A DNA stretch of 64,000 nt from Eledone cirrhosa (GCA_964016885.1 OZ024745.1:44516001-44580000), one strand, 5' to 3'; shown: positions 12,185-23,575, counted from the first letter of the stretch. The notes: generated from the letters alone by a model not told the origin. Made by a program: numbers and translations.

Positions 12185-13430
12185 TTTAGTTCAACAATGG
12201 CTGAGAAGGTGAATAGTCACTGAAACATCTAGATATTCTGTGTCTGTGAGGTAATTTGTGGTTAGAATGTCTATATTCTTTTGTATGTAGTATATTCAAG
12301 GTCAATTCACCCCATTTGTTGAATTCTGATAACATAAAGTCATAGCACTGACTATCTGTTAAGTCATTGTGCCCTCAAATTGATTAAATGTCTAGCTAGG
12401 ACAAAATAAAATTATACTTCCTAGGCTCATGTACGTATCTCCTATATTGCTCCTGGTGTGTACTTAAGCATCTGTGCTTATATTCTAAGACAGCAAATTA
12501 GCAGAGGAATTAGTACATCAGATAGAGTGCATTGATGTATTCGTTCTGGCCCTCTGCTCTTTGAGTTCAAATCCCACCAAAGTCAACTTTGAGGTCGATA
12601 AAAATGTATCAGTCTAGCACTGGGGTTGATTTTTCCTCTACATCTCTTTCTCACTTCCTTTCTCACTCTTTCTATCTTTCTCTGGAAGAAATCTGCTGTA
12701 GTCAGGCCTGGAGAAGGATGGGGTCCATCAGGCTTAAAATGCCCCCAAAATGCTGTATGTCACTACGATTTCATCAGGAGTTATGGGACCATACTATGAA
12801 TACCACTTATATTCTTCCAGTTGGTCACTCAGAAGGTGTTTTTCACTACATTTACAAAAGAATTATTATTATTTCTCAATTATATATAGAGTTAGGTGGG
12901 ATGTGGATTGCCAGTATCATTTGAGCTTTGGATAAAAAGCTTTTTTATATTTCTTCTGGCTCTTTACATACTGAGTTAAAACCACACCTAGGTGATTTTG
13001 CTTTTCATCCTTCCAAGGTTGATAAACTAAAATGCCTGTCAAGTATTGAGGTCAGTATAACTGAATTTACCTTCCCTAAATTACTGACCTCATCTCAAAA
13101 CCTAGAAATCATTATTTCTCAATGATATATAGAGTAACTACTTTGTTTTATTCCCCATTCCTGGTCAATATATTTATCAATGACTAATGTCAGCAATTGT
13201 TGTATATTGTGTGCCATCTATGGTTGATGAGGTGAATAATCACAAAAATAATCTGTCTCTGTGATATACCTTGTGGTAAATATTCCAATGTTTTGTATAT
13301 ATGTTATATCTAAAGTTTATTATTTTCACTTAATTCACAGAGACATAAAGTCATAGCACTGACTACCTGTTGAACAGTTGTCCGATCTCAGTGCTTATAT
13401 ATCTCACTTAGATAAACTAAAATTAACTTA
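12185..13430 (+). repeat. Two diverged direct copies (about 12185-12480 and 13215-13430) of an AT-rich repeat with decayed hammerhead-like cores, probably Penelope pseudo-LTR remnants, separated by SINE-B copies
   Basis: Shared acataaagtcatagcactgacta(t/c)ctgtt and gg(c/t)tga..aggtgaata(g/a)tcac segments; SINE-B remnants at about 12495-12630 and 12893-13120. Confidence 0.5.
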
Positions 13431-14339
13431 AACATAAAGGGTCGCTCTAACGAGGTTGTAGAAATGCTTGAACGTAAGGAGATCGATGTTTGTTGTATTC
13501 AAGAGACCAGGTGGAGGGGTGAGTCAGCTAGATTCATTGTGGGTAAAAAACGATGCTATAAGCTTTTCTGGGTGGGAAATGACAATGGGCTGGGTGGAGT
13601 AGGAATCATGGTAGCAGAAAAGTGGGCAGATAAGATAATAGACGTAAATAGAGTGAACGACAGAATAATTAAAATAAGACTTGTCCTCAATAGAACTACG
13701 GTGACAGTAATATCTGCGTACGCACCCCAATCCGGACTGCCCGGCACTATAAAAGACAGATTCTATGAGAAACTGATGCTCACTACCTCCCAAATAACCG
13801 ACAGTGACTATATAATTATTGCAGGCGACCTAAATGGTCACGTTGGACAACATTGTGACGGCTACGACGAAATCCATGGAGGCTATGGGTTTGGTACTAG
13901 AAATGAGGAAGGCTCCAGAATCCTGGAATTCTGTGACGCAAATAACCTAACTATCTGTAACACTAACTTCAAAAAACGTGACAATCACCTGATCACCTAT
14001 AGATCGGGGGAACACACAAGCAAGGTAGATTATATCCTTACCAGAAGACGTGACAGAGTGTCTGTTGTAAACACTAAATCCCTCCCCCATGAAGAATGCA
14101 CCTCCCAACATAGACTGATAATTAGCGACCTAATAATCAGGACGAGACGTAATAGACAACAGAAGAGGACTATCCTCAGGAGAAAAATATGGAAGCTAAA
14201 GGACCCCACAGCCATAAATAAATTCAAAAGTATACTACTTGATGCATACATACATACATACGTACATACATACGTACGTAAATATATATATATATATTTA
14301 TATATAATTATATATTTTTATATTTCGTTTCTGAATTTG

Positions 14340-14798
14340 TTTAGCAATATTCTTTATCTGAAAACGTGTGTTGAAACCGATATTGTTATACTTTGGGAGG
14401 GTCATGTTGCCAATAAGAAACACACGCACCAGTTGCTTTCACTTCAATTTATTATAATAAATTTATAAATTTAGGAATATATAAATTTCCGGTTGGTTGG
14501 TTGGTTCCACAACCAGATGATTGTTTATATATTGTCAAAGTTCTTTCGTCTTTTCTTTGTTTTTGTTTTCTTTATTCTGTCCTACGCCATCTTGTTTTTG
14601 TGTGCGTAGCATGACCGTGATTTTAAGATGTTGTCTTTCCAATCAATAGGGACTGGTTACGATCTTACTGCCCGGCCTCTTCGACAAGTGTCATTTACCA
14701 TATTATTGAGTCGATCCATGCCTCGTAAGGGAAATCAGATTCACGGGATTTAGGAATGTGCCATGTTGAATATCCCTGAATAGGAGTACACGTTCCTC
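14340..14798. repeat. Unclassified interspersed repeat, possibly Penelope pLTR-related
   Basis: atattgttatactt(t)g.g.agg.tcat.ttg at about 14380 recurs at about 19897. Confidence 0.35.
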
Positions 14799-14799
14799 T

Positions 14800-14984
14800 G
14801 CTTTGCAGCACATAGTTGCGGCCCTTTGCGTTACAAGTACAAATCCAGCCGAGATTAGCTTTGCCTTTCAACCTCATTGGTTCGATAAAATAGGGCACCA
14901 GTAATGCATTGGGTTTGATTTACTCAATTTATCACACACACACCCCACCCCCAAAAATGTTAGCCGTATGCCTAAATCAGAAAC

Positions 14985-15024
<40 letters not shown>

Positions 15025-15025
15025 T
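14800..15025 (+). mobile_element. SINE family B, 5'-truncated, expanded (TTA)n tail
   Basis: ctttgcctttcaacc..tcgataaaata core; tail 14987-15025. Confidence 0.7.
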
Positions 15026-15042
15026 TAATAATAATAAGAAGA

Positions 15043-15305
15043 AGAGGGCAAGTGCCCTTGCCCTGGTTGTCAGGGTCACTGTGGCCTTTTAATGGGCTTT
15101 CTCCACAAATGTCCCTCGGAAGTCTCCTCCCTATTGGGGAATTTTTTCATTGTTATTTTTTTATTACATCCTCTGTTTTTTTTTACATGCAGAAATGCCC
15201 ATTTGTAACGTCCCGTATTGTCATGTACTGTCCTTAATGTCTACTTTATGTAAACCCTTGTGGTTAATAAAGAAAGCATTATTATTATTATTATTATTGT
15301 TATTA
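15043..15305 (+). mobile_element. Tx1-clade 3'UTR-only copy (copy 3)
   Basis: Aligns by eye to 8300-8565 (aatgggctttctccacaaatgtccctcggaagtct ... ggttaataaagaaa), followed by (TTA)n. Confidence 0.88.
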
Positions 15306-17675
15306 CTCTTTGAGTCTCAGTCATTGATGTTAGTTAACTGGAAAGTTTGTTGAAATGAATATCAAGCCACTACCTGCAGCCTCAGATATTCAGGACGTAT
15401 CGGAGGGTTCTTGCGCAACTAATCAGAGAGAGAATTGATCTAGATGAAATGCAGTTCGGGTTTGTGTCAGGCAAAAGTACCACAGACGCTCTTTTCATTG
15501 TACGACAACTACAGGAGAAGTACCTAGCTAAAAGTAAACCCCTATACTTAGCTTTTGTCGACTTAGAGAAAGCCTTCGACAGAGTCCCCCGTTCCATTAT
15601 CTGGTGGGCTCTTAGAAAACTAGGTGTTGATGAATGGCTTGTGAGAGCTATACAAGCCATGTATAAAGAAACAGTCAGCAAGGTTAGAATTAACAAAGAA
15701 TATAGTGAAGAGTTTAGCGTAAAAGTTGGCGTCCATCAGGGCTCTGTTCTCAGCCCCTACTATTTATTATTGCCCTTCAGGCTATAACAGAGGAGTTCAA
15801 GACCGGTTGCCCATGGGAACTCCTATACGCAGATGACCTAACACTCATAGCTGAATCAATGGCCGAGCTAGAGAAGAAATTCCAAACATGGAAGCACGGC
15901 CTAGAATCAAAAGGCCTTAAAATTAACCTGGCTAAGACTAAAGTTCTAGTTTGTAAGAAAGAAAATAAGGCGGCGGTCCCTTCCGGGAAGTGGCCATGCT
16001 CAGTGTGTAGGAAAGGTGTAGGTAGACCCTCCATTTTGTGTCCCAAATGCAAAGTATGGGTGCATAAAAGATGTAGTGGGATCACAGGTAAGCTAACTAA
16101 GAACATAGATTTTATATGTGGCCGGTGCTCTGGTGCAATAAGTAGCAGCAAGTGCCCACAAAATACTAGCTCTTTCAACTGTGCAGAGGGTTCTATAGAA
16201 ATAGTGGACAGCTTCCGTTACCTGGGTGACAAAATCAGCAGTGGGGGAGGGTGCTCTGAAAGTACAGTAGCTAGAGTCAGAATTGGATGGAAAAAGTTCA
16301 GAGAGCTTATACCACTATTAGCCGCTAAAGGGTTCTCCCTAAAAATGAAAGGCAGGTTGTATGATGCCTGCATACAAACAGCAATGTTGTATGGCAGTGA
16401 GACCTGGGCATTGTGTGCAGAGGATATACGCAGACTAGAGAGAAACGAAGCTTGCATGCTCCGCTGGATGTGTAATAGTAATATACGTGAACGGCAAAGC
16501 ATAAACGAACTAAGGAAAAAATTAGAAATAAGAGGGATCAGATGTTGTTTACTCGAGAGAAGGCTACGTTGGTATGGTCACGTGATGCGCATGAAAGACG
16601 ATAGCTGTATAACAAAGTGCAGGGCAATAAAGATAGACGGTAGCCACGGAATAGGCAGACCCAGAAAAACCTGGGACGAGCTGATAAATTCCGACCTCAC
16701 ACACTTACACCTCACCAAGACAATGTCACTGGACCGAGACCTTTGGCGGTACTCAGTAATAGAGAAGACCCGCCTTACCTAAATACAAAGTGAAACCTAC
16801 TACAGTCAGTAGGCATCTCTAACAAAATACACCCCCGTCCCACCACCCCTACCCCATCCACACCGCCCCTTTCAATGTAAAGTTATGTTGGTGCCACAAC
16901 ATCCAGGCCGAAACAAATGAGATCGTGTAGGTGTCACTACAAAAAACACACAGTTCACGCTGTAATGTGGCCGTGTAGGCAACACGGTAAACACCTCCCA
17001 GCCCCACACTGTAAATGTGGTTGGTGTTAGGAAGGGCATCCAGCTGTAGAAAACCCGCCAGACAGTCCACGCTGTAATGTGGCCGTGTAGGCAACACGGT
17101 AAAAACCTCCCAGCCCCACACTGTAAATGTGGTTGGTGTTAGGAAGGGCATCCAGCTGTAGAAAACCCGCCAGATAGTCCTATGCGAGCAAGATAATCAC
17201 TCTTGCCTCAAGTGGGAAAACCCCCGTCCAAACCCATGCAAGCGTGGAACACGGACGTTAAACGTTGATGATGATGATGATGATGATGATGGGTCTAGGA
17301 AGTTTAATTTTAGTTTATCTAAGTGAGATATTTAAGCACTGAGATCGAACAGCTGCTCAACAGGTAGTCAGTGCTATGACTTTATGTCTATGTGAATTAA
17401 GCGAAAATAATAAACTTTAGATATAACATTAGAAATATTATATCACAAACTCATAGGAGAGTATAGAAAGATATATTATATTACATGCCATATGCGTTAG
17501 CAGAACAGGCTCTATGCTTGAAGTTGTGAAATTAATAAGCTTATTAAAAGCAAAGTTAGTGTTTAAGAAGAATTAATATGCAAGTAGATATAAGCAGAGC
17601 AATTTTCCTTCAATTTTGAAATTGCAATGTTAGAATATCTCTCTTTATGTAAAGAATAAACAATGTTGATAAGTG

Positions 17676-17736
<61 letters not shown>

Positions 17737-17741
<5 letters not shown>

Positions 17742-19808
17742 TCATCATCATCATCATTATCATCATCATTTTACGTCTGCTTTTCCCTGCTTGCAAGGGT
17801 GAGACAGGTCTTATTCAGCACAGCATCTCTCCACTTGTCACGGTCCTTTGTCATCTCCACCGTGAGCTTCAGCGATCTGAGGTCTGTTTGCAGGAAGAAA
17901 CCCTTTTTCGTCAGCAGAAGAAGCGGCTCCCTAAACTTCTTCCAACCCATCCTTATTCTAGATACTATGGCCTCAGAACCCCCCCCCCCCATCCCATGCC
18001 AATCCGATCCCCCAGGTACCGGAAGCCATTCACTACCTCTATAGCACCCGCCTGCATTTGAAAAATGTGTTTATCAATGCGACTTCTACTGCCTAATTTC
18101 CCTGTACATCTGCTGCATACGTATTTCTCCCTACCTGTTAGTTTGCCTGCTATCCCACTACATCTCTTGTGTACCCAGGATCTGCATTGTGTGCATTTTA
18201 TAGAATTTATGCCAGTTCCTTTTCTGCATATCAAACATGGCCATTTCCCTGATGGAATCAGAGTTTTGTCCTCTTTTCTACTCATCAACACTCTCAGTCC
18301 TCTTGCTTCCAACTGCTGTTTCCATAGCCATAGAATTTATTCTCTAGCTCCTCTACTGATTCTGCTATAAGAACTAGATCGTCAGCATAGAGAAGCTCCC
18401 ATGGACAGCCAGTCTTAAACTCCTCTGTTATGGCTTGGAGGACTATAATGAACAAGAGCGGGCTGAGGACCGAACCTTGATGTACTCCTACTTGTATCTG
18501 GAATTCCTCACTAAACTCCATTCCTACCCTGACTTTACTGACAGCACCTCTGTACAAAGTTTGCACTGTCCTCACAAGCCATTCCTCAACACCTAGTTTC
18601 CTTAGGGACCACCAGATGACAGATCGGGGTACCCTATCAAAGGCCTTCTCTAGGTCAACAAAGGCTAAGTATAGTGGCTTATTCTTCTCTAAGAACCTCT
18701 CTTGTAATTGTCTCACCAAGAAGAGGGCATCTGTTGAACTTTTCCCAGGCACAAAACCAAACTGCATTTCATCTAGTTTGACCCTTTCTCTAATTAGTTG
18801 TGCTAATATCCTTTCTGCCACTTTCATAACCTGATCTATCAGATTTATACCCTATAATTGCTCCTCTCCAGAGCATCCCCTTTACCTTTGTAGCAATTTA
18901 TGAGAATACTACTGCACCAGTCTTTGGGTATGACACCACTATATATAGCCTGATCGATGATGCATGCAACCAATTTAGTAGCTACGTCCCCTGATGCCTT
19001 CAGCATCTCAGCAACTATCCCCGACGGTCCAGCAGCCTTACCATTTTTCATTTCCTTAATCGCCTCTTGGACCCTATATTCGTCAATCTCAATAGCTGGT
19101 CCCTCTGTCGGATCTACTGAGGGTAATTTCTCTCTCTCCCATTCGTTCTCCACATTTATCAGCCTCTCAAAATGACATTTCCAGGCCTCCTTTTTCTAAT
19201 CATTCGTGATACTAAGTACACCGGCATCATTCCGGACACATTTATCTCCAACAACATCCTAATTTGCATTGACACACTGCCTTGCAATGTGGAACACCGC
19301 ACGTCTCTGATCTTCCCATCGCAGAACATTGGCAAACCTCCTACTCTCAGCCTCCCTGCGTGCTAAGTACATTTGCCTGTCCCGCTGCCTAACTATTAAT
19401 AAGTCAATCTGGCTTATGTGCTCGCCTCTGGAAGTTAGTGTTGCAAATAGTCAGTGTACTTGCATCACAAAATTCAAGAAGTCTCACTCCTTCATTTCTT
19501 GAGCCATTACCGTGCCCACCATGTACCCCAGTGTAACCATCCTGGAGCTGTCCAACATTACCATTGAAGTCCCCTGCTAGCATAATGATGTCTCTGTCCT
19601 CTGTCATTGCGGCTGTTTGTAAAAGTTGCTCGTAAAAGCAGTCTTTCTCTTCTTTGCCTAGGCCTGCTTGGGGAGCATAGGCAGAGATGATTGTCAGTAG
19701 TCTCCTGCCTACAACTAATCTAAGCTTAATTCTTCGATTACTAACTCGAACTACCTTTATTGCCTTATTGATCCATCTCTCAGCCAGGAAAATGCCTACT
19801 CCCCCTAA
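17737..19808 (-). mobile_element. RTE-clade LINE (family 2), fragmented, with internal deletions
   Basis: Minus ORFs 19404-19841 (EN: SAYAPQ, GDFNG), 18845-19153, 18294-18827 (KAFDRV, YADD), 17965-18312 (CxxC..CxxC..HKRC); (GAT)n tail at about 17737-17770. Confidence 0.88.
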
Positions 19809-19821
19809 ATTATGTGTGTAT

Positions 19822-19853
<32 letters not shown>

Positions 19854-19854
19854 C

Positions 19855-19890
<36 letters not shown>

Positions 19891-20433
19891 TATATATATA
19901 TTGTTATACTTGAGGAAGGTCATATTGTTGTAATAATACACAAGCACAATAACAACAAACACATATAAACACACACTAGTAAACTAAGATAGAATACAAT
20001 AACTAAAACACAGTCACCCAAACACGAACACACACACCAAACACTATACACACACACAAACACATGCACAGAGAAGAAGACAAAAATAAATAAATAAATA
20101 AACAGATAAAATTAAAATGGTGTAGACATACAATACAACAGGAGGAACATAATAGTACCACTGATGATGTTGCAGATGTGCAACTAAAGAACTTTGTTAG
20201 ACTATATATATGTGTTTAGTATTAATAGTATTAATTATACTATTTATGGTTATGTAAATACAGAAACCTTTTGCAGTTATATATATTTTTATACAAACCC
20301 TAAATAGTGGTAGGCAGTAATATATTACTACCTTATTACCAGTAAGTTAAGTAGCTCAATGTAAAAACATCAGATGATTTACAGAGCAGTTATATGAAAT
20401 ATAAGAATCAAAGAACTGTTCAAAACATTTTTA

Positions 20434-20480
20434 TGCTTACAACTGTTTCCTCCAAACCGAGGTTTGGATTCTTCAGAGCA
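20434..20480 (-). ncRNA. Minimal type I hammerhead ribozyme motif
   Basis: Minus strand TGCT-CTGAAGA-A-TCCAAAC-CTCG-GTTTGGA-G-GAAA-CAGTTG-TA-AGCA: stem I TGCT/AGCA, CUGANGA core, 7-bp stem II, GAAA, short stem III, GUA cleavage triplet; A-G mismatch closes stem II. Confidence 0.7.
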
Positions 20481-20644
20481 ATTTATTAATGAATGAACAC
20501 TTATATGACCTCCTTTTCAAGAGACATACAGATACATATGCAAATATTGTGGGTCAACATTCATTACAGCATTTAGAGTGGCAGTACACACTTAGAGATT
20601 ACATTCATATTAAAAGATACAATCAAAAATACAGGTTAAAATAC

Positions 20645-20686
<42 letters not shown>

Positions 20687-21413
20687 TATATATTTATTTA
20701 TTTATTTATATGTATATATACAAATATAATTAGATGAAGAAAATTGTTTTGTATAACATTTTTTACAGCAAACAATTTTTTTTGTTTAATCTTATTATAC
20801 TCTACAGATGTATACTCCAATTCAATGGAATATTGGTTGCTTGAATTTGCTGAACTAATGAAATATATTTGAAATGTCCTTGGATTAGCAGTATTTCTAT
20901 TCCACATAGGAAATAAGGCACCCATATTGAGTACTGACTCTAATTTATACCTTGATTATTTATTATATAAACCAGTATATGTATATACTCCTGTGTTAAA
21001 AACATGAAAGCCCACATCCGACCAGCCTGAAGAGCTCTTCCCCACCTGGATGCTCTTGCAGAAAGCCAAAATCATGCCCTCTTCAATAGCAATGTAACAC
21101 ATCCATAGTCGGCTATGAGGCTGAAGTTACATCCACTCAGCTGAATCAACAGCAGGAGGTCAAAACATATGTAAGTATGTCAGAGGGCTGGTTTAAGGCT
21201 GAATATCCTTCCTAATACAAACCCATTTAGGTCACCTCAGACAATATGCACACACACACACACACACATATATATCATACATATATATATATATGTGTGT
21301 GTGTGTCTGATGGTAGCTAAGATGCTTCCATGGGCAGTATGCCGGTTGAGCACTCTATGCTCTTACAGAGCAGAGTATGATATAGTAAAAGAATTTGCTC
21401 CGAAAGCATTGGA

Positions 21414-21504
21414 TGTGTCCGATGAGCCCGCAGGTCTAGAGTCAGACAGATCCACACAATGATCGCACCTCGAGCTGTCCACTGGCGAAACAATTGTAAC
21501 ACAC
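21414..21504 (+). ncRNA. Type I hammerhead ribozyme motif with long stem II and U4C core variant
   Basis: TGTGT-CCGATGA-GCC...GGC-GAAA-CAATTG-TA-ACACA; palindromic stem III CAATTG; gacagatc/gagctgtc can pair inside stem II; followed immediately by AATAAA. Confidence 0.65.
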
Positions 21505-21540
21505 AATAAATTGAGTTCAGATGCATCACTGATTTTTAGT

Positions 21541-21626
<86 letters not shown>

Positions 21627-21900
21627 TGTAGAATATGTAGACTTAGCACTTTCCTGTAAACAAGTGCTATTATGCCTCATATCATGTTACCTTATTTTAT
21701 CTGATGAGAACACAATTTTTGTCCCAGGATGATTTTATATTGGAAATGCGCATAATAAAATATATGGAACTCTTTTAACCATCTTTTAATTTCTTCTTTA
21801 TTATATGCATGTATGTATATGTCCGTGTGTGCATATGCATGCATGTATATGTATGTATGTGTGAGTGCGTATATGTATATTAAATATATATATATATATA

Positions 21901-21931
<31 letters not shown>

Positions 21932-22271
21932 TTAGTATAACAAAGGAATGGTAAGGGGACTGTAATAATAATGTAATAACAGTTGAAGGATTAGTAAGAC
22001 GACTGTATCTAAGCAACAAACAGGAACTGGATGCAAGATGCTTCCAGATATACACTCAGAACTATAAACAATAGTATTTTATTTCCTACTAGATAATTGT
22101 ATAAGTGGTCGCATTCTGAGGAGTGGTTTTGAAGAAAAACATCTATATTCTTTTTGATAGGGACATTTGCACGTGTGTGTGACAGCTGCAACTTGGTTTT
22201 CCATACCTTGTATTGTTTAGATGGGAGCGTTGTTGTTGTTATTGTTATTATCATCATTTACAATTCTTTGA

Positions 22272-22598
22272 AATCCTGTTGAGGTCAACTTTCACCTTTC
22301 CAAGGTGATAAAATAAAGTACCAGATAAGTACTGGTGTCAATTTAATCGACTTTTCCCCTCCCCTTCAAATTGCTCAAGTTGAGCCAAAAGTAGAAGCAA
22401 TTATTACTGGTGGATTAGCAGTATCGGTAGAGGGTCGGACGCCATGCTTTGACGCATAGAGTTACGGCCCTTGCCATTCTGAGTTCAAATCCCGCCGAGG
22501 TTAACTTTGCCTTTCATCCTTACGGGGTCGATAAAATAAAGTACCAGTAACACACTGAGTAATTGCTGGCCTTGTGCCAAAAGTAGAAACAATTATTA
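22272..22598 (+). mobile_element. Two head-to-tail SINE family B copies (tRNA-like head, Deu/Nin-like core)
   Basis: B-box gagttcaaatccc; core ttgcctttcatccttacggggtcgataaaataaagtacc; end aaaagtagaaacaattatta. Confidence 0.85.
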
Positions 22599-22601
22599 TG
22601 A

Positions 22602-22790
22602 TGGCAGTGGAAATTCCATGTTAGTGTTCTATAAAGGACTAGTGGTAGGAAAGAGCAATGATGTCCATGGGGAAATTCTAGGTGTCAACCAAAATAAACT
22701 AGACAATCTGTTCTGTAGAACTTTCAATCCAAGGATTATAGACAATTTCCAGAAATCTGTGACAATGCTATCAGAGAGGCACTGTCGGTT
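22602..22790 (+). mobile_element. Old Tx1-family ORF2 fragment
   Basis: FYKGLVVGKSNDVHGEILGVNQNKLDNLFCRTF..DNFQKS is homologous to FYRGLVEGKSDNVLGETLGVDENQLANLLGRTF..DNFHKS of copy 1. Confidence 0.8.
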
Positions 22791-22834
22791 TGAGGCTCTT
22801 AGTTGTCTGCCAGTTTTCTCCCCCAGCACAAGAA

Positions 22835-23130
22835 GATGACTGTTATTATTACCTATGCCGCTTCAGATGTTACAGAGGACAGTGTCAAGGATGACTTCTA
22901 CAAGCAACTTCAACAGGTCTTAGAACAAATCCTGCCTCATGACATCACGACCATCCTGACAGATGCCAAACTACCATCTCCTCTTCTGCCAGGCTCTCTT
23001 CAGCTGACCCATTGCAGACTCAGCCCATTGGCACAACCTTCACTGACCCATCCACCAATGACACCAGTGATATCCTGCTGCTCCTCTGCCATTACAATGG
23101 TGTGTGTCACCGACACCTGGTTTCCCCACA
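22835..23130 (+). mobile_element. Decayed LINE APE endonuclease fragment (RTE-like)
   Basis: TVIITYAAS..KDDFYKQLQ..ILTD, then VTDTWFPH. Confidence 0.6.
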
Positions 23131-23158
23131 GACTTATATATATATATATGTACTACAT

Positions 23159-23540
23159 GGAGGCACATGGCTTAGTGGTTAGAGCATTGGCCTTGCAATC
23201 GAAAGGTTGTGAGTTCAATTCTCAGGTCGGGTGATGAGTTGTTTCCTTGAGCAAGACACTTTATTTCACATTGCTCCAGTTTACTCAGCTGTAGAAATGA
23301 GATGATAGGGACTGGGGTCCCTATCATTCCACTGCAAAGTGGCTGTGGAGGTGCCATGGCAAAAAAGGACCCAGCCCACACTATAAAGTGGACGTGGAGG
23401 TGCCACGGCAAAAAAGCACTCAGTACTCACTGTGAATGAGGTTGGTGTTAGGAAGGGTATCCAGCCGTAGAAATCAAGCCAGAATCAGTTCCCATCCCAC
23501 CCTTGCAAGCAGGGAAAAGCGGACGTAAAATGATGATGAT
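23159..23540 (+). mobile_element. SINE family A: tRNA-derived head, CORE-like centre, RTE-derived 3' tail
   Basis: A-box tggcttagtgg, B-box gagttcaattc, core ccttgagcaagacactt; tail ggttggtgttaggaaggg..gcaagcagggaaaagcggacgtaaaa(tga)n shared with RTE 3' ends. Confidence 0.85.
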
Positions 23541-23575
23541 ACTACATATACATATGTACATATATATATATATAC

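Larger units (their letters stand above)
13433..17291 (+). mobile_element. RTE-clade LINE (family 1), internally deleted and interrupted by nested insertions at about 14246-15400
   Basis: APE domain 13464-14245 (QETRW, SAYAPQ, GDLNGHVG, VDYIL, SQH); RT 15449-16782 (QFGF, DLEKAFDRV, HQGS, YADD, FRYLG, YGSETW); 3'UTR with an internal duplication of about 110 bp; (GAT)n tail 17267-17291. Confidence 0.92.

Noticed and set aside
20808-20920. Possible plus-strand exon after tatactctacAG
   Set aside because: In-frame stops in the frames examined and no convincing GT donor.
21021-21066. CTGAAGA...GAAA hammerhead candidate
   Set aside because: No proper stem II closure or stems I/III.
23159-23235. 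tRNA gene
   Set aside because: The A/B boxes belong to a SINE head that continues into core and RTE tail and is present in several copies.
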